Of a stretch of DNA of 17,879 nucleotides, positions 9,027 to 16,942 are shown piece by piece; the first letter of the stretch is position 1; each line of letters opens with the position of its first letter. This stretch comes from Promethearchaeota archaeon (GTDB lineage Archaea; Asgardarchaeota; Lokiarchaeia; Sigyniarchaeales; SOKP01). A program made the position numbers and the translations under genes. The stretch spans positions 1 through 17,879 of the forward strand of contig RDOA01000063.1 in the NCBI GenBank assembly GCA_011364925.1. The letters run 5' to 3'. The notes beneath the pieces are model-generated. The model saw nothing but the letters and a program-made list of their open reading frames with translations, made no database searches and was not told the DNA's origin.

Positions 9027-9377
9027 CTAATCTGCCCCCGTTCTTATTTTATCTAATACAATGAAAGCTTTTGTTTTAGAAAGTTTTCTACTTTCTCCTA
9101 CTCGTACTAAATCTCCTATCTCAATTACATGATTAAGACATTCTGGTAGATGACATACGAGTCTCGAATTACGTCTTTCATACCTCTGATATTTTTTAAC
9201 GAATTGAACATAGTCTTGCCTAATTACTACAGTATTCTTTGATTTCTTGTTAACTACTACTCCTTTTGTAATTTTTCCTCTGATTCGGGACGTCCCATGA
9301 AAAGGACAATCTTTATCGCTACATTCGCGAGCAGTAGGAGGATTTACTCCCGGAATACCAATATTTCTAACGCTCAT
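9027..9377 (-). CDS. rps17: 30S ribosomal protein uS17
   Basis: RNIGIPGV, CSDKDCPFHG, KYQRYERR, LSKTKAF. Confidence 0.97.
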   Translation of the reverse strand: MSVRNIGIPGVNPPTARECSDKDCPFHGTSRIRGKITKGVVVNKKSKNTVVIRQDYVQFVKKYQRYERRNSRLVCHLPECLNHVIEIGDLVRVGESRKLSKTKAFIVLDKIRTGAD

Positions 9378-9387
9378 TTTACTTCCT

Positions 9388-9675
9388 TTACCACTTCTTT
9401 TTTTTTAAATTTCTTAACCTATTTTCAGGATTACCTAGAATTTTTGTTCCATTTACTTCTAGCGTTCCATTATTTAGTTTAAATCTGAAATCATAATCTT
9501 TTTTAATAAAATTCTTTCTCACGTTATCTTTTTCTGTTATTAACATGTTTTGAGTATCATCAATAACCACGCCAACATCCGAAAATTCGATGTCCTTAGA
9601 TTTCGATTTAAGTCTGGCTTTTACTTCAAAACCTATCAAATCGTGGTATATTAGATACTTTGGACTAATCATCAT
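9388..9675 (-). CDS. rnp1: Ribonuclease P protein subunit aRpp29 (Rnp1)
   Basis: HDLIGFEV, GVVIDDTQNML, NGTKILGNPENRL; canonical position upstream of uS17. Confidence 0.92.
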   Translation of the reverse strand: MMISPKYLIYHDLIGFEVKARLKSKSKDIEFSDVGVVIDDTQNMLITEKDNVRKNFIKKDYDFRFKLNNGTLEVNGTKILGNPENRLRNLKKKKW

Positions 9676-9683
9676 GTCATCAT

Positions 9684-9881
9684 CTATTTCGTTTCATTCT
9701 TTACAGTGAGAATTCTTGCAATTTGTTTTCTTATTAGCTTCGCCTTAGCTGGATTATCTGAGACTCCGCCACCAGTTTGTTGACTATATAACATCATTAA
9801 TTCTTCTCTCAATGCTAATAAATTCCTCTCTCTTTCTCTTTCGTCCATTTCTCGAACTTTTTTTGCCGTAATTATATCCAT
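9684..9881 (-). CDS. rpl29: 50S ribosomal protein uL29
   Basis: GGVSDNPAKAKLIRKQIARILTV. Confidence 0.95.
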   Translation of the reverse strand: MDIITAKKVREMDERERERNLLALREELMMLYSQQTGGGVSDNPAKAKLIRKQIARILTVKNETK

Positions 9882-9913
9882 TTTTTTCCCTTATATTTAT
9901 TTGATTTTATTTT

Positions 9914-10702
9914 TTATTCCTCAGTCTTTTCATCCGTTTCTTTTTCTGAATCTAAATAAAGTTCAGATGTATCATCTTCTTCAACTTCATCAAATAACTC
10001 TTTTTCTACAGCGGTTAAATCCCTTTCTTCCTCAATAACTTCGTAGTCTTTTTCAGCTTTTGTTTTCGTTAATTCAGATAACTTTTTTGTTTGAATTTTT
10101 GCTAAAGACGCATCGTCAATTTTGACCGTGTCTCCCATTCTCGTATCTGCATGCATAATCTTAACAATGATTCCTAGAGTACCAGATTTCTGAATACATT
10201 GAGCTACACCTCTGTCTACACCTTCCTGGGCAGGTTGACCTGATTTTGACATTGTGCCCGCTCGAAATACCGTTGTTCTGGCTCTTTGGCTCGTGACTTT
10301 ACCTGAAACGATAATCTCTGTACCTCTGGCACCAGAATCCATTATTTTTCTTAAGATGTAATATCCCGCTCTTCTGTAATGCCGTCCTCGATCTAATGAA
10401 TATGCTAACCGTTCTGCCATGATTTGTGCGTTCAAATCGGGATTAGGAACCTCTTCAACTTCGATCTGGGGCATTTCCAGTCCAAATCGATCGTGGAGGA
10501 CATCTGTAATCTCTTGAATCCGTTTTCCAGCCTTCCCAATTACAAGTCCTGGCCTACTTGTTTTCAAAGTGATCCTTACTCCAAGTGGAGTCTTCTGAAT
10601 ATCTACCCCTGCAAATCCTGCCCGAACAAGCTCTGATCTCAAGTATTCATTTATCTGCATCAATTTGATACCTTGCTCAATGAAATGTTTCGCTAAAGGC
10701 AT
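9914..10702 (-). CDS. rps3: 30S ribosomal protein uS3 with acidic C-terminal tail
   Basis: KH motif RPGLVIGKAGKRI, LNAQIMAE, GARGTEIIVSGK. Confidence 0.97.
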   Translation of the reverse strand: MPLAKHFIEQGIKLMQINEYLRSELVRAGFAGVDIQKTPLGVRITLKTSRPGLVIGKAGKRIQEITDVLHDRFGLEMPQIEVEEVPNPDLNAQIMAERLAYSLDRGRHYRRAGYYILRKIMDSGARGTEIIVSGKVTSQRARTTVFRAGTMSKSGQPAQEGVDRGVAQCIQKSGTLGIIVKIMHADTRMGDTVKIDDASLAKIQTKKLSELTKTKAEKDYEVIEEERDLTAVEKELFDEVEEDDTSELYLDSEKETDEKTEE

Positions 10703-10751
10703 TATCTTTAATCTCTCTAATCTTTTTATTATATTGCTTTAAATTTTTAAC

Positions 10752-11231
10752 TTAACTTGGAAATTCATAAATTACTATTTCAATATGACTTAAATGCCTA
10801 AATTTTGCCGTGGAACGACCGTGAGCACGCTCAATATAACGTTTAATTATTCTTCCTCTGTGTGTAGCAGCATGAATAATTCTGCATTGTTCAGTATCTA
10901 ATCCTTTAAATTCTGCATTTGATTCTACAGATGTGAGGACCTCATAGATTCGTGCTGCTGCTTTTTGTGGGTAGCGACCAGTGTACCAATTAAATTGTTT
11001 TAAATCCTTCCTATGAGCCAGCTTCTTTTTGTATCTCCTAAAAGGAACGGACTGTTTGAGTTGAATTACTTTTTCTAAATAACTTTTTGCTTGGTCTAAT
11101 TTCATTCCTTTGATAACCGCACAAACTTCTCTTGCTGGTTTTGGCTTTATACGCAAATCTCTCCCAGAAGCTTTAGCTAATCTATCTGCGTCGTATTTTT
11201 GTTCAGTAAATGAATAACCCCAATTTGGCAT
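10752..11231 (-). CDS. rpl22: 50S ribosomal protein uL22
   Basis: VPFRRY, GRYPQKAA, NAEFKGLD, RAHGRS. Confidence 0.97.
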   Translation of the reverse strand: MPNWGYSFTEQKYDADRLAKASGRDLRIKPKPAREVCAVIKGMKLDQAKSYLEKVIQLKQSVPFRRYKKKLAHRKDLKQFNWYTGRYPQKAAARIYEVLTSVESNAEFKGLDTEQCRIIHAATHRGRIIKRYIERAHGRSTAKFRHLSHIEIVIYEFPS

Positions 11232-11274
11232 TATTTATCGTCTCAATTTTTAATTTTTATCATTAATTGTAATT

Positions 11275-11808
11275 TTATTTTAATGGAACATATTTACTTG
11301 ACCGTGTGGCTCCAATTCCTGGTGAACCATGTTGAACATGTCTTCTAGTTAATGAAAATTCTCCTAAATAATGTGCAATCATCTCAGGTTTAACATCTAC
11401 AGTTTCATAGGATTTTCCATTGTATATTCCGATTTTTAAGCCCACCATTTCGGGAAAAATCAGCATATCCCTAACGTGGGTTCTAGTAAGAATATCTTTA
11501 CCTCTTTTCTTAGCTCTATATGCCCTTCTTAGTCTTTCGAGTAGTTTTTTCTGTCTGGGAGGCAGACCTCTTTTTAAGGATCTCCTTGCTCGTGCTGGAA
11601 GTAATTGGATAAATTCGTCCATGCTCATTTTTTTGAGTTCTTCCAAAGTGTATCCGCGATAGTGAAATTTAAGCCGATCTCTCTCTTTTTCTAAATCTAA
11701 TTCCCCTCTTTCTGCTTCTTCTTCGAGTTCTTCTGGAAATTCTTCTTCTAAGTCTTCCTCTTCGATTTCTTCTTGTTCTTCATTATCTTGTTCTTCATTC
11801 GGAGGCAT
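11275..11808 (-). CDS. rps19: 30S ribosomal protein uS19 with ~45-aa acidic N-terminal extension
   Basis: [43 protein letters not shown]. Confidence 0.97.
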   Translation of the reverse strand: MPPNEEQDNEEQEEIEEEDLEEEFPEELEEEAERGELDLEKERDRLKFHYRGYTLEELKKMSMDEFIQLLPARARRSLKRGLPPRQKKLLERLRRAYRAKKRGKDILTRTHVRDMLIFPEMVGLKIGIYNGKSYETVDVKPEMIAHYLGEFSLTRRHVQHGSPGIGATRSSKYVPLK

Positions 11809-11935
11809 ATTTCCACCAATCTATTTGTTCCATTTACTATATTTTGTTTATTTTTTACGCTTTTATTTACACGTGTAATGAATTTAGTTATCTATAGAAT
11901 TTTAATTTTATTAAAACAAGAGAACTAAAAACCAA

Positions 11936-12030
11936 AAACTTTAAAGGGTGGGGTGCGACCTTCGAGGAAAAATCACCTATCTCAAAATCTTAAATTTTGC
12001 CGATGGACGCAAGTTGAGAATTTAAAGTTT
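11936..12030 (-). promoter_or_regulatory. Candidate promoter and/or structured 5' leader of the ribosomal operon
   Basis: GC-rich island in AT-rich intergenic DNA with nested inverted repeats; TTTAAA TATA-like box at 12021-12026. Confidence 0.4.
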
Positions 12031-12041
12031 AGAAATTAAAT

Positions 12042-12716
12042 TTAATGATAATTATTCGGATTGAAAATTCGGGTTATATCGTCTTCGTCGAATTTTCCAC
12101 TCCATCTTTCTTCAATAATTACGAAATCTTTGGGATTTTTATTAGGATTTATTACAGAATGATAAGTCATTTTTGGGCTTAAAAATTCGGTTCCCTTTTC
12201 AACAAAGTAATAAACCTTATGAGCATTTATTATAATTGGATTGCCTTTCAGAATTTTCCAATGCTCACTTCTATATTGGTGAATCTGTATGGATATACCT
12301 AATTCTGGTTTAACAAAGATTAGGTTATGATCGGGATATGTGAATTTTATACTGTACCATTTGTTTAATACATCTATGTATCCATTTGGAACATTATTTA
12401 TCTTGCTAAAATTTTCTGGATCAAATTTTTTTTTTTTAGAATGCTCAAATTTATATGGTTCATATATTATTTCATGGTGAGCGATATTTGTATTATATTT
12501 TACAATTACAATTTTATCCCATTTGTTAAATATCATGTAATAATCTTTTGATTTTATTTTTAAGTTACCCTCTTTTAAGTTTCCCGCGAAAAATGATGTA
12601 CCATTTACTAAAAACATTTTGCTAAGATACTTTGGATCAATTGATATTATTAGTTCATTATCCCCATTTTTTCTGAGGTTTGTACCCCTGTTCGGTTTAA
12701 TGGCTTCTTCTATCAT
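12042..12716 (-). CDS. Cupin protein related to the type II mannose-6-phosphate isomerase C-terminal domain, with an unrecognised N-terminal half
   Basis: ISIQIHQYRSEHW, YHSVINP and GKFDEDDITRI match the SLQxHxHRSEHW / HRLEN / EDDIVR motifs. Confidence 0.75.
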   Translation of the reverse strand: MIEEAIKPNRGTNLRKNGDNELIISIDPKYLSKMFLVNGTSFFAGNLKEGNLKIKSKDYYMIFNKWDKIVIVKYNTNIAHHEIIYEPYKFEHSKKKKFDPENFSKINNVPNGYIDVLNKWYSIKFTYPDHNLIFVKPELGISIQIHQYRSEHWKILKGNPIIINAHKVYYFVEKGTEFLSPKMTYHSVINPNKNPKDFVIIEERWSGKFDEDDITRIFNPNNYH

Positions 12717-12717
12717 T

Positions 12718-13704
12718 TTACTGATATTCTATTGTGTGATTCGCATTATAATCATTGAAACGATCCTCAATTTCACTACGATACGGCATTGAAGCTTGAG
12801 CTCCTTGTCTTGTAATAGCTATGGAGGCCGCTGCAGTAGCGTATATTACCGAAGTGAGTAATTCTTCTCCTTGGCATATTTTACTAGCTAAAACTCCATT
12901 GAAGCAATCTCCTGCACCGACAGTATCAACAGCTGGTATTTCAAAAGCAGGAACTTTTGTAATGCTATCTGTTATCGCATCGTATATAACACAACCTTTT
13001 TTACCAAGCGTAGTTATTATGGTCTTTACTCCTAAATGTGATATATGCTTTGAAGCTTGGATTATTTTTTCATTATCATTTCCTTTTAAATTTTTAAATT
13101 TTAAAAGCGAATGTAATTGTATTAATTCGCCCTCGTTGGGAATTATAATGTCAATTTTACTTAGAATTGAAGGACTAATTGGTTTTAAAGGGGCTGGATT
13201 AAGAATTTTTACGACATTTCCTTGTGAAGCAATCTTATAAATTTCTTCAATAGTCTCAATAGGAATCTCCATTTGAACTACTAAGCATTTAGCATTTCTA
13301 ATGATTTCAGATCTATCGCGAACCTCTTCAGGAGATAACTTAAAATTGGCGCCAGGTGCTACACTAATCATGTTCTCACCTTTCTCGTCGATTAAAATAA
13401 AAGCCACACCGCTTGATTCTAGGGGATCCCTAATAACATACTCTATATTTACCCCTTCCTTGTTTAATTGAGAGACCATATCGTTTCCAAATGTATCCAT
13501 TCCAATCTTCCCAATAAAAATTGTATTAGACCCAGATCTCACGGAGGCTACCGCTTGGTTCGCACCTTTACCTCCCAAGAATTGCCTAAAAACTCCTCCT
13601 GTTACGGTTTCACCTGGTTTTGGGAACCGTCGTGAGTAAATATTCAAATCCATATTACTAGAACCGATAATAAGGGTATAAGGGTCGGGAAGTGGTGTAC
13701 TCAT
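12718..13704 (-). CDS. rbsK: Ribokinase (PfkB family)
   Basis: GSSNMDL, PKPGETV, GGKGANQAVA, LNPAP, PNEGE, DTVGAGDCFNG. Confidence 0.95.
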   Translation of the reverse strand: MSTPLPDPYTLIIGSSNMDLNIYSRRFPKPGETVTGGVFRQFLGGKGANQAVASVRSGSNTIFIGKIGMDTFGNDMVSQLNKEGVNIEYVIRDPLESSGVAFILIDEKGENMISVAPGANFKLSPEEVRDRSEIIRNAKCLVVQMEIPIETIEEIYKIASQGNVVKILNPAPLKPISPSILSKIDIIIPNEGELIQLHSLLKFKNLKGNDNEKIIQASKHISHLGVKTIITTLGKKGCVIYDAITDSITKVPAFEIPAVDTVGAGDCFNGVLASKICQGEELLTSVIYATAAASIAITRQGAQASMPYRSEIEDRFNDYNANHTIEYQ

Positions 13705-13767
13705 CTTTTTAATAAAACCTTTTATTTTATCATCTTCCGTTTATATTATCAAATTATGGTTCATCAC

Positions 13768-13805
13768 AATTAAAACCAAATGATCCTTTCCGAATGGTTT
13801 TAATT
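13768..13805. repeat. Perfect 11-bp inverted repeat (AATTAAAACCA-N16-TGGTTTTAATT) in a divergent promoter region
   Basis: Arms at 13768-13778 and 13795-13805. Confidence 0.7.
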
Positions 13806-13894
13806 TAATATAATTTTAAAAGTAATATTAAGCAAAGTAATCTTGCTTGAAATTATAAAAAAAATTATGTCTGAATCTTATAAAGGTGTTCAAT

Positions 13895-14212
13895 ATGGCT
13901 AAAGACAAAATTATTGGAGCAATCGTAATGATCCTAGGCATTCTAATCGCTATTGTTTATACCATGGGAAGCGTTGTAGATTTGTGGTTCAATACTCTCG
14001 GTAATAACCCAAATTGGGATGCCGCCTTACGGTTATTTGGTGTCGATTGGCTCGATTACAGATTGTTTACTGTTCTACCACTCTGGATAATGGTACTCCT
14101 AATTGCGATTATCGCTATCTGGATAGGATATTCTATGCTCACGACCCCAGCACCGGTCCCGCTCGAAGAGTTAGAAGAGGAATTAGCTGCTGAAGAGGAA
14201 TCTGAAGAGTAA
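13895..14212 (+). CDS. Two-TM membrane protein resembling eukaryotic DPM2/PIG-P (105 aa)
   Basis: SD AAGGTG at 13883-13888 favours ATG 13895; DKIIG...YT first helix, LP second helix, WIGYSMLTTP, acidic tail. Confidence 0.6.
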   Translation: MAKDKIIGAIVMILGILIAIVYTMGSVVDLWFNTLGNNPNWDAALRLFGVDWLDYRLFTVLPLWIMVLLIAIIAIWIGYSMLTTPAPVPLEELEEELAAEEESEE

Positions 14213-14266
14213 AAAGAATATTTTTAATTTTTTTATTTTTTTTATTTTACATTTGGTTAAAATATA

Positions 14267-15007
14267 CTAAAATTCTAATTTTACCATATTCAAGTTTAGA
14301 TCGTTTAAATCTATTTGTATTAGAGCGTAATTTGGAATTTCTATAGCGTGAGCGGTGAGCGGTGTTGTACTTACAAGGATACTGTTATTGTTCTTATTTA
14401 TAAATAAGGTATGGTGCCTTCCATTAAAATTCGCTTTATGATTTGTAATTACATTACAAATTTGCGAATTAAATAAGAATGCGTTAGCTCCGGCACCTAT
14501 TTCGATGTTTTTAAAAATGGTCTCCAGACTTATCTTCAAGCTATTACTCTTCTGGATTTCGTCTATTATTGAACATAGGTATTTTCTTGTGTCCAAGTCA
14601 GTTTCTTTGTAAATTTTGTTTAACTTTGGATTGGTTAATTCTTTTGTGAGGAACTTTTTAATGATCCCATTATGGGTTATAAGATATTCTTTTTTAATAT
14701 CTATAGGATGTATGTTGCTAAAACTTTTCTTCCAGGGCAGAGTTTTTCTTGCGTGAACTAAAAGGAATCTAGTTTTTATATTCGAAAGGTTCTTCCAGTC
14801 TGCGTGGTAAATTGGAGTTATATCTCTTTTTACTACAAGTCTATTGTCTTCTTCAGAGAGGAAAGCAAATCCCCAACCTAATCCATGATGTCCAAGGATA
14901 TCGTACTTCCTAAAATAGCGCCAATGACAGGTTTTCACGAACTCTTTTAATATATCATAATTCAGATTAGTAGGCTCAAGAGAGCACTTAAAAAACATTC
15001 GACACAT
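14267..15007 (-). CDS. Class II glutamine amidotransferase (Ntn hydrolase, YafJ/EgtC-like)
   Basis: MCRM N-terminus with catalytic Cys2 fixes the start at 15007; HGLGWGFA, VHARK, HP, THNG, TD motifs. Confidence 0.85.
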   Translation of the reverse strand: MCRMFFKCSLEPTNLNYDILKEFVKTCHWRYFRKYDILGHHGLGWGFAFLSEEDNRLVVKRDITPIYHADWKNLSNIKTRFLLVHARKTLPWKKSFSNIHPIDIKKEYLITHNGIIKKFLTKELTNPKLNKIYKETDLDTRKYLCSIIDEIQKSNSLKISLETIFKNIEIGAGANAFLFNSQICNVITNHKANFNGRHHTLFINKNNNSILVSTTPLTAHAIEIPNYALIQIDLNDLNLNMVKLEF

Positions 15008-15044
15008 ATTTCTCAAATAAGATCTTTAGATCTAACTAAAAGAA

Positions 15045-16166
15045 TTAAGAATCACCTAAAAAGTAAGCGAATATAGAACCGTTATCATGGCAGCTAATAA
15101 GAAGTTCTAACTCAGAATCGTATTTTAGGTCATTAACACAAGATTTTTTATCAATTTTAACAAGAATATTACCAGATCCCGATTCTATAATTAAAATATT
15201 ACCTTTAGTAGTTCCCACAATAATATATTTCTTCGTAAAAACTTCGATCGGAATATATGTTTCCACATTAACATTTTTAATTTCCCAAATTTTCTCGAAA
15301 TCTGAATTTAGGCAAATAAATTGTGAAGTAAATTCATAATTCTCGATTTTGATATTATCATCGAAATAATCGAATGAGTAAGTGCTTACTAATAGAAATA
15401 GCTTCCCATCATGAAGAAATGATGAACATTTCCAAACAATGTCTTCAAATTGAAGAGTTTTTAAATCTTCGTGTGTGTTTTTATTAAATAAATGAAATTT
15501 TTTATCATCTCCTCCACAAGCTATCAAGATTTCGTTGCCTCTTTTGATATATGAAACGCATCGAACTTTATTGTTAAATCGTTTAAACCAATTTAATTCG
15601 CCCGTTTTTCCCTTAAAACTACGGATAGTTCCATCGTTTCCACAAGCAATTATCTCTAAAGCTAATGGGTTATCTAAATCTTGCCAAATAATAGCATCAC
15701 CGATTCCTTCTTCAAATAGTTGCCCCCATATTAAAGAACCGTCAATTGAGTTCAAGCAACGTATACTTTTATCTATTGAATATGCTATAATTTCTTTAGT
15801 GCCATCAAAATTAACATCTGCTTGTAAAAACCCACTGATAGAGGTTCCAAACTGATGCGACCAAAGAGGAGTTAATTCATAAGACTTAGAACATTTGAAT
15901 GTTCTTAATAATCCATCTAAACCTGCTAACACAACTTCATTTTTATCGTCATGATCAATGTCAAAGATTTTAACTTGCCAAAGAGAGGAATTTTCTGTGA
16001 TTTCTAGTTCATTTATTTTTTTACCAGTTAACGATAATATGAGCAATTTCCCAGAATTAGTGAAGCCAAGAATTTCGTTGTGACCATTGTTATTGAGATC
16101 TCCTATTTCAATCCCAAGTATTGACTCGTTGGAATGGAAATCCCATCGTTGTTCGATAGTATTCAT
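15045..16166 (-). CDS. Beta-propeller protein (FG-GAP/WD40/PQQ-like repeats), no signal peptide
   Basis: Repeats GDLNNNGHNEI, DIDHDDKNEV, DVNFDGTKEI; ~42-aa periodicity with G.L.W blade ends. Confidence 0.75.
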   Translation of the reverse strand: MNTIEQRWDFHSNESILGIEIGDLNNNGHNEILGFTNSGKLLILSLTGKKINELEITENSSLWQVKIFDIDHDDKNEVVLAGLDGLLRTFKCSKSYELTPLWSHQFGTSISGFLQADVNFDGTKEIIAYSIDKSIRCLNSIDGSLIWGQLFEEGIGDAIIWQDLDNPLALEIIACGNDGTIRSFKGKTGELNWFKRFNNKVRCVSYIKRGNEILIACGGDDKKFHLFNKNTHEDLKTLQFEDIVWKCSSFLHDGKLFLLVSTYSFDYFDDNIKIENYEFTSQFICLNSDFEKIWEIKNVNVETYIPIEVFTKKYIIVGTTKGNILIIESGSGNILVKIDKKSCVNDLKYDSELELLISCHDNGSIFAYFLGDS

Positions 16167-16307
16167 TGTTTCATCCTCTTTGCTTTCACAAATTTGTTAA
16201 GAGTTAATTTATGAAACAGAAATTATTTTTAATAAAATATAATTATAAATAAAAATAGATGTAATTTCTAATTATTGATCAAAACGTATAATAAAAAGTG
16301 ATAAAAG

Positions 16308-16769
16308 ATGTCGAATGAGAGAAGTGAAATTCCCCAAAAAACAATATTTTTTATGGGAGTTTTAATCTTTAGTGCTATTGGTGGCATATTACTCCTGGCT
16401 TTTGATTTCGGTGGGTGGAATGGTTCCAATTACTACCTTGGAGTATATATTTGGGGAGGTATCAATGCATGGAATAGTGTTTTTAGTATTCCAATCTTAA
16501 TCTCAGGATTGATGCTTCTATATTGCGCAGCCATGGCAGTTTTAGTGCTTTGGTTTCCTGATAAAATCCCTGATAAAAAAATGATTCAATTCGGCTTTTA
16601 TTTTGCAGCAATTGTAGTTACACTGAGTGTAATTGGGGGTATAGTTTTTGCTGTAGATATGGAAATTGAAGACGTTTGGTGGTGGTTTGATGCTGGATTT
16701 TATGGCGGAATAATCGGTAGTATATTTACTACTGTATTGTATTTCTTTGGATTAAGAACTCTTGAGTAA
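16308..16769 (+). CDS. Hypothetical 4-TM membrane protein
   Basis: Four hydrophobic segments; SD-like AAGTGA upstream; T-tract downstream. Confidence 0.75.
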   Translation: MSNERSEIPQKTIFFMGVLIFSAIGGILLLAFDFGGWNGSNYYLGVYIWGGINAWNSVFSIPILISGLMLLYCAAMAVLVLWFPDKIPDKKMIQFGFYFAAIVVTLSVIGGIVFAVDMEIEDVWWWFDAGFYGGIIGSIFTTVLYFFGLRTLE

Positions 16770-16843
16770 TAAATTCATTTTATTTTTATTTTTTTTCTTG
16801 TGAAAATTCTAAGTTCCTTAATGATCATATCCTAAAATAAGAA

Positions 16844-16883
16844 AGAAATTTAAATCTTTTACACAATTCTGATAAACAAAGTT
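16844..16883 (+). promoter_or_regulatory. 40-bp conserved upstream element, copy 1 (contains TTTAAA TATA-like box)
   Basis: 39/40 identical to 17296-17335; ends 60 nt before the ferredoxin 1 ATG. Confidence 0.7.
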
Positions 16884-16942
16884 TATAATGATCATTTGTG
16901 CAAACAAAGATTAAAAATAACAAAACAACAAAGGTATATAAA

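Noticed and set aside
11936-12030. tRNA, SECIS or MITE interpretation of the structured island
   Set aside because: No T-loop or cloverleaf, no selenoprotein candidate nearby, no clear target-site duplication or second copy in the window
623-15855. Antisense ORF-track entries (623-808, 815-1045, 1694-1915, 2650-2997, 7098-7280, 8100-8300, 9297-9482, 10424-10636, 11420-11662, 12821-13240, 15535-15855)
   Set aside because: Shadows of well-supported genes on the opposite strand; no recognisable motifs
16821-16872. ATGATCA...CTGA resembling a C/D-box sRNA
   Set aside because: Box C mismatched at the G that pairs with box D; no C'/D' boxes or plausible guide; overlaps the promoter-like repeat
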